A stretch of DNA of 64,000 bases from Octopus vulgaris (Eukaryota): positions 134,912,001-134,976,000 of the forward strand of contig OX597816.1 of assembly GCA_951406725.2 (NCBI GenBank), written 5' to 3'. Shown piece by piece: positions 1 to 13,236 of the stretch; within the stretch, counting starts at the first letter, position 1, and the number at the start of each line of letters is the position of its first letter. Both the position numbers and the translations under genes were made by a program. The notes under the pieces are model-generated. The model did not search any database, had not been told where the DNA came from, and worked only from the letters and a program-made list of their open reading frames with translations.

Positions 1-961
1 CGCCAGAAAATCCCTCGTTAATAACATAGCTTCAGTTGCTGATCGAGTTAATGAGAAATACTTAAAGCAATTTCCAGTGAACAGATCGAAGCTAGTTGCA
101 TTAATTTAACTCTAAATGATTCGCTGTCGTATAAATTTCCTTTATTGAAGCAGAAAATTGTCGTATTTTGGTCAACACTTTAAAATAATTTATATATTGT
201 GACACTGGATATATTTTTATACTTAATTTTATCACAAAATTTATTATTTTTAAGTTCATGCTAATATTGAAATATCAAATACAATTACTGCATACCATTC
301 TTAGAATAAATTACAAATATAAAAATATTCATAGGCAACGTTTAAGAGAATGATACATTTTAAACTCCATCTTAAGTGGGGGGCGCTATTTACAATTAAA
401 GGTTCTGTGTTTGAGAATTTTGCTTTAATTAGCAAAATTTTTAATTTGCCCGTTTCATTCAAATATCGATCCAATAACCACTTTAAAAAATTTAGATAAT
501 TATTAGAGCGAAAATTCACATTCGACTGAGACTTAAATCAATATTTTTGTACGGCCAACGTTTATCACGAACTGGTAAATTTAAAACGAGGTTATTTCAA
601 ACTGTTGTGGATAGGTTTTTAATTAAGACATAATGGATCTCACGCCGATTTTGAAGTTGATTTTTTTCCAGTCGTTCGATTGACAGAATTACTAAATTAA
701 TTATGGCATAAGCGGCTGAGTATTCCACAGAAACTTGTGCTATTAAAAAAAGTCTACGGGAAAACTCAGTATGATACTGTAAGACAAAGTTGATTGTTGA
801 ATTATCGGTACAACTCATACGCGGGCTTCCACATACTTTCTGCTTATTCAGTCTCATTCACAAGGCTTGTGACCCAAGCTTATGTTAAAAGACACTTTCC
901 CATTGTGTCGTGTAGTGGGATCCAACCCGAAATCTCAAGAGCATAATAAACTCTTTAACAA

Positions 962-1040
962 TTCGTTTTTGCCTTCCTGACAAAAAGATCCATGATAGGG
1001 TTCGTTTTTGTACTTCCTGACAAAAAGATCCACGAGAGGG
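962..1040. repeat. Two tandem copies of a ~40-bp unit
   Basis: ttcgtttttg..ttcctgacaaaaagatcca.ga.aggg at 962-1000 and 1001-1040. Confidence 0.8.
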
Positions 1041-2227
1041 TTAGCAAGAAAATGTTTTGATATTGAACAAACCGTACACTGAATTGGTTTACCGTTAACT
1101 TTGCAAGTATCAGATAAAAATTTTCGGGAAGTAAAACTGGGACTTGTGACATTCATACATTTCTGATGTCATAAATGAAGTGAGGGAATAAATGATTCTC
1201 TGTGGGAATTGAAAATGGGACGTAGAGCTGCAATGCTTTAAATATATTTGTAGGAGCATTTGTTTCATCTGTTATAGTAAAAATATCAGATATCACTTTG
1301 AATAGAATATCTTTCCTCAGCAAGGTTCAGTCATCTACACTTTGATGTCCTCTTACTTGTTGCAGAGGTTCTGAAAAAGATCATAGACGCTGCCATTCTA
1401 CCTCTAAGCCATTTATTAAATCCAAACAAAACCAGCTTTGCTAATTCTGCATAAACGAATTCCCTATTTTGTTTACATTTGCCCTTATTCTCGTGTATGC
1501 TCTGAACATTCCGTTTAGCTTTTCTTCATCTGATTTCTAACGTGAATCTTTACACCTCACTAAGATTACCAGAGATATCTTCAGAGAAGACTTGGGGGGA
1601 AATATTTGTTTTAAAATTGTTACCATAAATCCATTTGTCAAAGATAGTGTGTTCTATAAGAAACCAATCAGCTTGATCAATGCTGAAGAAATAAATCTGA
1701 GCATACTGTAAAAGATGGTTGGACTCCAATTCTTAATTGTAGATCTAAAGAAATACCGTAAAGCGAAAGTAATAATAGATTGTAGTATTTGCTATAATTT
1801 ATCTACTTAAAATGTTCTATAGTTTACTATTGAATTGTTAGTATATTATGGGACAGATTGGATTAAATGATAATGATCTAGCTTGTTTTAATTGTTTGGA
1901 GAATACAGTAGTGAGCTGATGTTAACTATTGTATCGAAAAAAAATGTATTTTGGCTACAGTTGACTGGACAAAATTTGTAAGCCGAGTCGTGTATTTCTT
2001 GTGAGTACGTTGTGTATTGATGCAGCCGATAAGGTACGACATTAAGCGACAATAAATAAATAATGTAGGGACAATGATGACGTAGTTGTGACGCTACTAA
2101 GGAACAAGGGATTTCTGTCGTCCGGACCTTTTACTAAGTAAATTTACTTTGACTGAAGTAAAATGGTCTCTGCCAGAACTGAAACTATATTTTATATCGA
2201 ATTACTGGGAGTTCACCTCCATGATTA

Positions 2228-2624
2228 CTTACTTAAACCCTTCGCTCCTAATGAGCATAGGCTATTAATGACTTTTCTCAACTGTTCTTGACCCCGGGTT
2301 ATCTTTTCTGCTTCTCTCCGATTGGATCCTTGCCTTTTCAGCTCTGCCTTAGTATCCTGCCTCCCTAGGGAAGGCCTTATTTCCCAAATCTTTTAGGCCT
2401 TGAATTGTCATCAATACTTCTGTAGCTTCAGTTTTTTTTTATTTTTTAGAAATGCATTGACCCTACGCAAACCCATTTTCCTTTTTACGTCTGGAAAAAA
2501 TCCCCATATTAGTCTGGCCTTTATGCTTTGACCTATCCAGTAGGGGGGGGGCTATCAGGAGCTTGTTCTCCGCCGGCAGCAAACCACCACATTGCAATAA
2601 GGAAGAGATCTTGTGGTAGGCTCA
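2228..2624 (-). mobile_element. Short non-autonomous RTE-like retroposon (5'UTR-like plus 3'-end-like parts)
   Basis: 9-bp direct repeat ccatgatta at 2219-2227 and 2625-2633. The minus-strand 3' end gcctatgctcattaggagcgaagggtttaagtaagtaa resembles RTE-clade termini with a (GTAA)n tail. Confidence 0.6.
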
Positions 2625-3755
2625 CCATGATTATTACCATTTTATTATCTTTATGTTCGAGTCGCATGTAGCAGAATAGGAAATTTTATTCTGGCGTCGG
2701 AATTGAAAGAAAATATTAGTCGATATTATTAGGCATCTATTCCAAAACGTTTTCGGTGAGATTTACTTTAAAATGGTCTCGACTTCATTTTTATTTCATT
2801 AGATCACAATGTTTTGGTGCACATTTCCTATATTATATAATAACATGTATCTGAAGGGTTATATTTCAGATTTTGATTTAATTGGTCCATGAAGAAAATA
2901 ACACTTAAATGAAATATTTACAGCAAATATTTAACTAATTCCTTCAAAGATCAGTTTCTGTGACTTCATGGCTATCATCAATCTGCGCACGTGCGCGCGT
3001 GTGTGTAGAGAATGTTGTATCCAGACATTTGTGGTAACTATATGAAGCAAGTGATATGGTAACACTTGTGAAAGTATCTGATAGTTGGATGGACATAAGA
3101 TATAGAAATCAAATAAATTACCCTGATTTTTTCATTTGTAGCAACTAACAATAATTTGTGTGTGAGTATGTATTATTTTTCGTTGAACAGTAAATGTATT
3201 TTGAACAGTTTGATTTGATTTCAAAGGTTTGTTTATTTATAAAATTAAACATCACAAAAATGTACTTTGAATGGATTCTTGAAAAGGTTTTAATTCAATA
3301 GAGGGGAAAATATTCTATATTTAGAGAGATCTTATTTTGCAATATTTTCTCAAAACATTATTCAAGTAGTAGTCAACAATAGAAAGATGCTTATAAAATA
3401 AGTAGAATAAATTTGTGAAATGAATAGGAAACAAAGCGTTAGTGCTCTTCAAAATATGATTTTCTTTATCGCTAAATAGCTTTCTTGCTTCTGTTAGTTG
3501 TATTCTAACAAGACGAGCATAATTATACTCATTTCTGTCTGGCAGCAATGTATGTAACTGATCAATTTATTGGTATAGCTAAAAATTCTATTACATATAA
3601 CATCAAGACAATTTTTCGTGTTAGAAATAGAAATATTGATATGCTAAAGACAAATTGCTTTACATTATAAATTCTTCATCTTTTCTATTTCGGAGAAACA
3701 GTTTCAAATTTTATGAACTTTATTTATCGATTTCAATCCATCCATTTATTGACTA

Positions 3756-3990
3756 TTTACTCTTTTACTTGTTTCAGTCATTTGACTGCGGCCATGCTGG
3801 AACACTGCCTTTAGTCGAGAAAAATCGACCCCAGAGCTTATTCTTTGTAAGCCTAGTACTTATTCTATCGGTCTCTTTTGCCGAACCGCTAAGTTACGGG
3901 GACGTAAACACACCAACATCGGTTGTCAAGCGATGTTGGGGTGACAAACACAGACACACAAACACACATACACACACATATACTTATATG

Positions 3991-4034
<44 letters not shown>

Positions 4035-4205
4035 ATATTTAAGACGGGCTTCTTCCAGTTTCTGTCTACCAAATCCACTCACAAGGCTTTGGTCGGTCCG
4101 AGGTTATAGTAGAAGACACTTGCCCAAGGTGCCACGCAACAGGACTGAACCCGGAATCATGTGGTTGGTAAGCAAGCTACTTACCACACAGCCACTCCTG
4201 CGCCT
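3756..4205 (-). mobile_element. tRNA-derived SINE, family A, full length
   Basis: Minus strand begins aggcgcaggagtggctgtgtggtaag (A box) and ggttcagtcc (B box), has an internal (TA)/(CA) microsatellite and ends gaaacaagtaaaagagtaaa. Several more copies occur in the window. Confidence 0.85.
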
Positions 4206-5989
4206 ATTTGTTAATGTTTAATTATGAACCTCAACATCATTTGCATTAAAGAGTGGTATGCAATTTATAATGGCCTTGAATATTGTCAAACGTAATCTTG
4301 TGCATTGAAACGAAAGTTTGGAGAATTTGACAGCTTGAAATATTAACCAAATCAGCTCCAATAGAGATCCTTGAGAAGTTACAACTTTCATCTCATTATT
4401 GGTCATGGTCTTTTAGATAAGCAGTGAAATGCTTAAAATGGGCAAGTTATAATTTTAAAAGCACCAAATACAAGCGGAATAGTAAAATATATTCGCATAA
4501 ATTGAGGAGCATTGGAATATAATAATAGACTTTTAACAACTGGGGCAGCTATACAGACGCATCACATTCAGGCAACGGATTTGTATATGGTGTTCCATGG
4601 AATTTTCATAACAATAATAAAAACATGAGATTAGAACTACACTACAATTTTACAATGTACAAAGCAAAATGATGAGGAATGATAACACTTTTAGATTCAA
4701 CTAAAGAACTGCCTTGGGAAACTGGTTTTCTATTTACTGATTGTTCATTCAAACTAGAAATTTTTAAAGAAAGAAAAGGAGATCGGCTCTAAAAATTTTA
4801 AACTATCCTGCTAAAAACAGATAATTACTGATTTGAAAACAATAACCAAGTAACAATGATTTGGCTGACAGGCATGTAGGTATTAATAGAAACCTGAAAG
4901 CAGATGAATTCACAAAAGATGAACCACAAAAAGATAAAAATAGTATAGTTTACCCACCAAATCTGTCACAAGTTAAATTAATTTGTAAAAACAACGTCAA
5001 AGGTGGAATGTTAGAAAGAATCTATAACTAAACTATCAAACATTAACCCTTCAATATCACAACTAAATTTGGCAACATCAAAAACGTTAAACAATGAGCA
5101 ATGATTTTTGTTGGCTATGAGCAGGCTGTATTACTTTAAAATGTATTCTATGACGAAAAGCTCGTATACGTTCTTATAGAGATTATATTCAGAATCTATA
5201 AAGCACTATCCTTTCCAATGCAAAAACTGAAAAGGTCCAACTTGAAATTGGTCTTCAAAAGCTTATCAAGGTTGGAATTCATTCTCAGAGATCGACTAAT
5301 CATAAATAAGATCTTTCAGTTCTTGGAGGCTATTAAAGGATTTAACAACAGAAACATTTGGCTGTTCTTCTTTCATCGGTCTTTTCTATTTTTCTAGTTT
5401 GCTTCTATTTTTCTTATATTTTCGTCTAATATATAGGAAATATTAGGTATCATTTTTAGTCTGTTATGGCTTTTCCGCTTCATCCACCAAAATCTGTGAA
5501 TTATTCCATACAAAATGCTCAACGGGGAATAACAAAATCATTACCCGTTCAATAATAAATTTAGAAGAAATTATTCCTTCGTCTATTTAAATTCCAATTC
5601 TTTTTCGAACATACGGAACACTTTTCTCACATAAATTTTCTAAACACTATTTTGTGTTTAGAATACTGAATGTAGTGATCTGCAAAGAATTTTTAGTCTA
5701 TTTGACATAATGAATTAATACTTCTTTGCGTAAACATTTCGTTTGAGGGTTATTTTATATTATTAGCCAATTAAATACATTTGAATGCATATATCAATCA
5801 GTATATTTTTATAAGTATATTTATTATAATGTTTGTGTACGAATTGTGTATTTCTCTGAGCTTGTGTACGTGTATATGTATGATTTTATATAATTTTATA
5901 TAGTCAATAATAGAATTTCACACAAATAAGGCTTTCAAACCACATAACTTTCAATTCCTCTCTAACCTTTCATCATCTGACACAAGATC

Positions 5990-6225
5990 TCCTCCTCCAG
6001 TGACCTCAAAATTCCTTGTCTTGTAAGTTACTTGGTGACCCTGCCGGTGTTGGGGGCCACGTAAAAAGCATCCAGTCCACAGTGTAAAGTGGTTGGCATT
6101 TGGAAGGGCATCCAGCCGTAAAAATCATGCCAAAACAGACACAGTAGCCTGGGGTGGTCAACTGTCAACCGTCCTACCTATGCATGCATTGAAGGCGGAC
6201 GTTAAACGACGATGATGATGATGAT
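5990..6225 (+). mobile_element. Retroposon 3' fragment with (GAT)n tail
   Basis: gtggttggcatttggaagggcatccagccgtaaaa ... ggacgttaaacgacgatgatgatgatgat. A related minus-strand fragment lies at about 19325-19410. Confidence 0.55.
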
Positions 6226-6243
6226 ACACACACATACATACAT

Positions 6244-6285
<42 letters not shown>

Positions 6286-6707
6286 ATCTACTATATAAAT
6301 GCAAAAGCATGTGGTTATGTATGTGTGTTTAGCTCAAAAAAGCTCTGAAACGATGCATCCTCAAGAAAAACGAATTTGATTTTCGAATTCTAAATAATAA
6401 TAAAAAAATATAATTTACTACGGGAAATAACTCAACTTTTAAATCGATAAATCTCCCACTGTCTATCTGTCACCACCAAACTCTTTCTCTCTGTATTTAC
6501 CAAAATCTTTGACACTCGCCCTTTGGATGTGTATTAACTCTCACGCATTGCTTTCAATTCATTTAACACCTCATCTTCTTGTTTACTTTCATTTTATCAC
6601 AGATATCACGTACAAAAATTCTGTTTTCTGATTGGGTAAAAATGATCAAAATTTAAACCTCTGTAATATCTTTTGAAAAGTTTTCTGGAATAAACGTGAT
6701 TATTGGA

Positions 6708-7072
6708 TTGCTTCCTAATCACACAGTTCTGGGTTCAGTCCTACTACGAGGCTCCGTGTGCAAGAATCTGCTATTAAAGCCTTCGTCTAACTAAAGCCTT
6801 GTGAACGGATTTGTTAGACGGAATCTGAAAGAAGCCCGTCTTATATGTGTAAGTGCGTATGTATGCCTATATGTTTATGGGTGTGTGTGTCTTACGCGCG
6901 GGTTTTAGTTCCCTACCACCGTTTGGAGACTGGTGCTGGTTTGTTTACGTCCCCGTAATTTAGCTAAAGAGATCAACAGAATAAGTACTGGGGTCGATTC
7001 GTTCCACTAAAACTCCTCAAGGCGGTGCCCCAGCATGGCCGCAGTCCAATAACTGAAAGAAGTAAAAGGTAA
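6708..7072 (+). mobile_element. SINE family A, diverged copy
   Basis: Aligns by eye with the reverse complement of 3756-4205 (ggttcagtcc, ctgaaagaagcccgtc, cagcatggccgcagtc). Confidence 0.75.
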
Positions 7073-7551
7073 ATGATATTTCGAAGAGAGGTAGGAAAGC
7101 TGACTTAGAGTAGCATGTATATGCGTGTGTGATGCAAAAATTGCAAAGAATAAGTTAACACTAACAATTATACTGTCTGGTGTGTAACACTATTTGCACT
7201 TGAAAGTTGCTGCTATAATTTTATCAAATTTCTTTGAAGCACATCATTGCACATTAAAGTTTATTAGATAAGCTCAACTTAAAATTATATAATCGACAGT
7301 TAAACTTCACATAAATAGAATTATCACTTTTCAAAGTTACTTCTTCAGAGTTTTTATAGAAATTAGAGCCAGCATTGAAAATTACAGCGTTTTGTATACG
7401 AATACGTCGACGTAAACAATGCGGTCGAAGATTGAAAAATAGGTCATGAATGTATATGTCATATTCCAGGAATTCTTGCTCCTTCGGCACCACATCTAAC
7501 TCATTAATCATCCACGAACACATTGCTTAAATAGTCACTAAATAACACATT

Positions 7552-7803
7552 GTGGAGGCGCGTAGCTTAGTGGTTAGGGTGTCAGCACCATGATCGTAAG
7601 ATTGTGGTTTCGATTCCTGGACCGGGCGACGCGTTGTGTTCTTTAGCAAAACACTTCATTTCACGTTGCTCCAGTCCACTCAGCTGGCAAAAATGAATAA
7701 CGCTGCGATGGACTGGCATCCCGTCCAGCTGGGAAACACACACGCCATGGAAACCGGGAAACCGGGCCCATGAGCCTGGCTAGGCTTTAAAAGGGCGCAT
7801 TTA
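7552..7803 (+). mobile_element. tRNA-derived SINE, family C (V-SINE-like central domain)
   Basis: A box tagcttagtggtt, B box gtttcgattcc, central gcgatggactggcatcccgtccag. Flanked by aaat(a/t)acacatt direct repeats. Confidence 0.8.
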
Positions 7804-8162
7804 TTTTGTTTTAAATTACACATTTACATATTAAACTTATTCCTAGAAATTACTATGTACATATTAATTACTTGCAGGGACACCATATTTTGTTATGCAA
7901 CCATAATACATTTCCAGGTATTTTAACGGCTTACAAGTCAATGCAGTGATTGCATCGCACTGCTAACACAGGTAAGATATAGTATTGACTTATAAGCCTT
8001 TAATATAGTTTGTAGTATATCATGACTGCATGACAAAATACGGTGTCACTATTAGCAATTACTAAATAGAGAAGCTGCATTATATATTTTCACACATATA
8101 CGAGTAAGCTTTCATAGGTGTATGTATAAGAGCACGCATTCTTATAGACATAAAAGCTGAAA

Positions 8163-8397
8163 TACCTGGTCTGATCAATAAATATCCGGACTGTTCCTAT
8201 TGTAACGAAGCTAAAGCAAGGAAAGTGAAGCCGCTTGGCACAGATTGACCTTCAGCTCTGCTCTGCATGCGCACTAAGTTTTAACATTCTAGCTCACAGC
8301 AGAGTTCAAGGTCACTCTGTGTCAAGCGGCTTCACTCTGCGTGCTTTAGCTTCGTTACTATGGCAACAGTCCGGATACTTATTGACCAGACCTCGTA
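8163..8397. mobile_element. Palindromic mariner-type MITE
   Basis: TA-flanked, with ~95-bp inverted arms (ggtctgatcaataaatatccggactgtt ... aacagtccggatacttattgaccagacc). A partial copy lies at about 18205-18345. Confidence 0.8.
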
Positions 8398-8794
8398 CAT
8401 ATATTTGTGTGAGAGAGACAGAGAGACAAAGATATAAAAGAGGATGTGTGTGTATGTAGGGTGTGTGTGAATAGGTATGTAGATATGTTATATTTGAAGG
8501 CCACTGAGATGAGAAAAAAACAAAAAGACGTAGTTAATGGACTGGAAAGCTCAAACAACCATATCTAGGGCTTTCATATGCCAGCAGAGATTCTATTTCT
8601 GATATCTAGTCTCGAGATGTTTAACTTTATTCGATTAGTAACCTCTGCCACCTTTACAAAGGAGTGTAATGAAGCTTTTCTTATATTTTTAGGATATAAA
8701 TAAGTGCATAAACAATTTTTTCATTGTAGCCTACAGTTCACTTATATAACACTCCCAGTTATATAATTGAGAAGTTAATAGAGTTATTGTAAAA

Positions 8795-8975
8795 CCCTTT
8801 CAGACACAAGGTCTGAAATTTTGGAGAAGGGTACCAATCGATTTCGTCAATACCAGTGCTCAACTGGTACTTATTTTATCGATCCTGAAACGATGAAATG
8901 CAAAATTAAAAACAGACCGTAAAACTGGATGTAATGTCGCTAAGCATTTTGTCTGGCGTGCTAACGATTCTGCGA
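8795..8975 (-). mobile_element. SINE family B, diverged copy
   Basis: caactggtacttattttatcgatcctgaaa and taagcattttgtctggcgtgctaacgattctgc match the reverse complement of the 12173 element. Confidence 0.7.
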
Positions 8976-10398
8976 GTGTGAATATGTTCATCTTGTGATT
9001 GACACAGAGGGAAATAGCAAAACTATGTAGCGGGACTATCAGTCGTATGTAGTATATAAAATGTAATATACAACTGAATAAGTGGAAGAAACTATGAACC
9101 TAAGACAGTTAAAGTAACTTTCTTTACAAGTTGCATTGAATCTTCAGTTATATGTAATCTGTTATATAAATGTTCTTTGATGAATTATTGTGGTATTTTT
9201 TTAATTGCTCACTCCATAAAAAAATGTGCCTGTGGTAATATCCAGTTTACCAATTGGAGACCACTTTAGTTGGTTCTGCCAAGTAAAATACAGCTGCTCA
9301 CGAAATGACAGACACTAGATATAGCGAACGATTTTAGTTATACTATCGACCATTCTCTTGTCACAGAGGTGATTCTGCAGCTTACGAATTATATATTGAA
9401 ACAAGTAGCTTCCATCATCAGTATGGAGCAATTAGCTCAAAATAACATCAGTCAAATATTTGAGATTTCAATTTTAAATATCACTCTGCGTGCATTTTTA
9501 TCGATGTTCTGATTGTTTTCGAAACCCTAAACAATTTTTTGTAACTGACTTTGTTGTAAATTGTAAACTTCTTAACATAAAAGAAATTGTTTGTTACAGT
9601 GGCGTAGCTAATAGGAGAGTAAGAGAAGCGACCGCCGCAACCACGAGCACATCTTTCAGAATTGGCGCCTTTTCAAAATATTTTTAAAACTCTTTAGTTA
9701 CCCATGTCAGTTGTAGGTTTCATACATTATGACATTGTTACTTGAAACATGAAATTAATGACTGTAGAGTACAATTACATGTATTATGACTAATGAAATA
9801 TTTCGCGGAATATACGAGAAGTTAATTGTTTGGTATGTGCCGCGGTGCCTTTTTTCTTATGTGCTCACTCCCGTTAACTTTAAAACCTGGCCACGTCTCG
9901 TTATCTTAACGTTATTTTTATCGAGGTTTTAGAAGTCTTTGATGAAATCCTTGGTGGCCAGATTAGTTGCATATTATTGAAGACTGTCAGATCTTGTAAT
10001 AATAATTATTCCCAAACTGTAGCTCTTTGATCAGATAGTACTGACATTTCAAAAGAAAATGAAATGTACTCGAACGAAATTGGTAATTTGCAAACCATTG
10101 ACTATTCTATGCTTTCGGACTGATACTGTGCATATGCAGTATGTTGGATAATGTGTGCAGTATATTGGAGATTTTACTCACTGTGTTAGAAGATACATGC
10201 TTTTTAGAGCGTGTATCTTCAACGAAACTGTCTTACAAGATCCCTTAAAGTTTGCTAATAATAATAATATTTATTATTAGCAAAGGCAAATAATAATAAT
10301 TGGAAATGTTATCATGTACATTTTTTTTGTCTTGGTATAAAAGATGGGCTACAGCAAATATTCTGCTGAAATACCACAGAGTTGCTTGTCAGTTGTTT

Positions 10399-10520
10399 GA
10401 CCCCGAAAGGGTGAAAGGCAAAGTCGACCTCGGTGGAATTTGAACTCAGAACATAAAGGCGGACAAAATGCTGCAAAGCATTTTGCCCAGCATGCTTACG
10501 ATTCTGCCAGCTCGCCAGCT
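10399..10520 (-). mobile_element. SINE family B 5' part, fused to a fragment of the 41617 repeat (10300-10400)
   Basis: gaccccgaaagggtgaaaggcaaagtcgacctcggtggaatttgaactcagaac...ctgccagctcgcc. Confidence 0.7.
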
Positions 10521-11114
10521 TAGTAATAATAATGATAAACTTTGACAAAAATGTGTGTTGCCAACCGGGAAAAATTTCCATTTCCAAGGTCATACTGGAA
10601 TGAAAATTTTGAGAATAGATATTCAGAAATTGACTTCCATGTTACAGAATATACATAACGATCCCAATTCAATAAACAACAAGCACAAACAACTCCAGTG
10701 TCCACTGAAGAAGCTCAGAAACTACTCGAAACTTACACTATGTGACTATAAGCTATTCGAGAAACTAACCAAATTAAAAGCAGGGAACACAATTATTTCA
10801 AAGCAAGAAGAGAAAAAAACAATACTCCAATTTTATCCAGTTGTGTAACTGTACTACATACATCATATATGCATCCATCCATCCATACATACATACATAC
10901 ATATTTTATATAGCAATTTTTCTCAACCGATCAATGGGCTGATTGAGTAAATCAATCAATAACAAACCAATAATGACTGCTGGAATCAGCTGTAAGATAA
11001 ATTTACTACAATGAAGTAATTTGTAATGACCATTATATATACCTTGTCTTTTAAATAAATAAATAAATATACATACATATATACATACACACACATACAT
11101 ACATACATACATAC

Positions 11115-11155
<41 letters not shown>

Positions 11156-12172
11156 CACACGCATACGCACGCACGCAACTACTTAGCATGATCACATTTT
11201 AACTACAGAAATAGCGTTGGAAAAGTGAACTGTTGCCCCCACCCCATTTGTTGGTAGGCCAGCAGACTATTACCTTAGCAAGGTGCAGTGTCCCACTAGC
11301 AAGTTAGGTAAAAGTGGAATCCAATCAACTATTTTAAAGTTACATTAATAGCTTTTGTCATCCTATGGTGTCGGTTGGTGACTATAGAAATTATCTGGTA
11401 AATATTTATAAGTTTGAGTCCTCAGTGACTTTTTATGTGAAAGAAATCTATTAAAGCAAAAGTTGTTAACTGAATTTACCCTCTCCTACACACACCATAG
11501 AATTGTATCTTTGTGCTAATGTACAGCTCCACTGCAGTAAACAACTGAATCTTTTCTATGTTGCAGTCAGCACACTTAAATTAAAATCATTATCTTTTAT
11601 CTTTTTGTTTGCATACATTGATCTCCAACTACGAATATTCCAGTTAATCTACGACACTGATGTATTGTTTTTAATGCGTCTCGCGCATTAGAATAAGAAG
11701 TAAGGTAAATTCTAATACTGCAATTCAGCATTAATACCTAATTGTAGCTATTTCGGCTTCCATACACTGCTAACGTCTAAGTCTTAGGAAAATACATCAA
11801 CGTCAAAACTGCTCTGTTGATGATCTCATAGATCATAAATGATTATGTCACACTAATGAGAGAGACAGATAAATATTTATCTGTCGTTTTTTTTTTTTAA
11901 ATATCTATTATATTTAATTGGGATTTATAAGTGTAGCAGTGCGAAGGAGTCATGTAACTGTGGCTACATTAGTCAGTAGATTTGCTTTTGTGTGTAATAG
12001 AAAGGAGTATGAGTACAGTGATGTAATATCTACATTTATGGGACTATGTATCTTTCTCAACTTAATTGTTAGTGAGGATTATGTTATCATACGTGTGTGT
12101 AGATTAAACGCATGGCAATAAAAAAGGGCGTATATATTTGAAGTAGTGTATATTTGTGCAAATTTTATTATT

Positions 12173-12760
12173 AAGGCGGCGAGCTGGCAGAATCATTAGC
12201 ACGCCGGGCGAAATGCTTAGCGGTATTTCGTCTGTCGCTACGTTCTGAGTTCAAATTCCGCCGAGGTCGACTTTGCCTTTCATCCTTTCGGGGTCGATAA
12301 ATTAAGTACCAGTTACGCACTGGGGTCGATGTAATCGACTTAATCCGTTTGTCTGTCCTTGTTTGTCCTCTCTGTGTTTAGCCCCTTGTGGGTAGTAAAG
12401 AAATAAATAGGTATTTCATCTGTCGCTACGTTCTGAGTTCAAATTCCGCCGAGGTCGACTTTGCCTTTCATCCTTTCGGGGTCGATAAATTAAGTACCAG
12501 TTACGCACTGGGGTCGATATAATCGACTGAATCCGTTTGTCTCTCCTTGTTTGTCCTCTGTGTGTTTAACCCCTTGTGGGTAGTAAAGAAATAGGTATTT
12601 TGCTTGTCGTATGTTCTGAGTTCAAATTCCACTGAGGTCGACTTTGCCTTTCATCCTTTCTAAGTCGATTAAATAAGTACCAGTTACGCACTGGGGTCAA
12701 AGTAATCGACTTAATCCCCTCACCCAAGCTGCCCTTGTGGCAAAAATTTGAAATCATTAT
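12173..12760 (+). mobile_element. SINE family B: one head plus three tandem bodies
   Basis: Head aaggcggcgagctggcagaatc, B-box-like gagttcaaatt, central gcctttcatcctttcggggtcgataaattaagtacc (resembles the MetaSINE-type domain). The body restarts at ggtattt at 12222, 12410 and 12594. Confidence 0.85.
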
Positions 12761-12985
12761 TACCTCCGCCTTAGCGTGTTTGTTTGTCTCAAGAACCGCT
12801 GAATGGATTAGGATGAAACTTTTAGGGATGTTTGACCTCATGACTGGCACGAACTGATTAGATTTTGGCATCGATCCGGTACCGGAAAAGGATTCTGGAT
12901 AATTTTTCCTGTTTTTTTTTTACTTAATGTTTGAGAGCGATCGGGTTCATTTTTAGTATTCTTGTTTGTGAGAGCTGTCGAGTTT
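12757..12985 (+). mobile_element. Possible non-autonomous Helentron/HINE-like fragment
   Basis: Starts ttattacctccgcc, followed by gtttgtttgtct and gatgaaactt motifs typical of such elements. Confidence 0.35.
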
Positions 12986-13010
12986 ATTTCAAAGGATTAT
13001 TATTATTATT

Positions 13011-13236
13011 AGGGCGGGAGCTGGCAGAAGCGTTACCGCGCCGAGAGAAATGCTTCGCTGCATTTCGTCCGTCGCTACGTTCTGAGTTCAAATTCCGCTG
13101 ATGCCGACTTTGCCCTTCATCCTTTCGGGGGTTGAAGAAATAGAGTACTAGTACAGCACTGAGGTCGATATGATCGACTAGCCCCCGCCCATTGATTTTA
13201 GGTCTTGTGCCTATAGTTGGAAGGATTATTATTATT
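13011..13236 (+). mobile_element. SINE family B copy with (ATT)n tail
   Basis: agggcgggagctggcagaagcgtta ... ttctgagttcaaattccgc ... gaaggattattattatt. Confidence 0.8.

Noticed and set aside
3655-4221. 188-aa ORF
   Set aside because: Antisense read-through of a SINE and its microsatellite
7552-7630. tRNA gene
   Set aside because: The A/B boxes run on into SINE body sequence present in several copies, so these are SINE heads. The same applies at 35707 and 37066.
10906-11195. Overlapping ORFs rich in Y/I/V/C
   Set aside because: Translation of (TACA)n, (TA)n and (CA)n microsatellites
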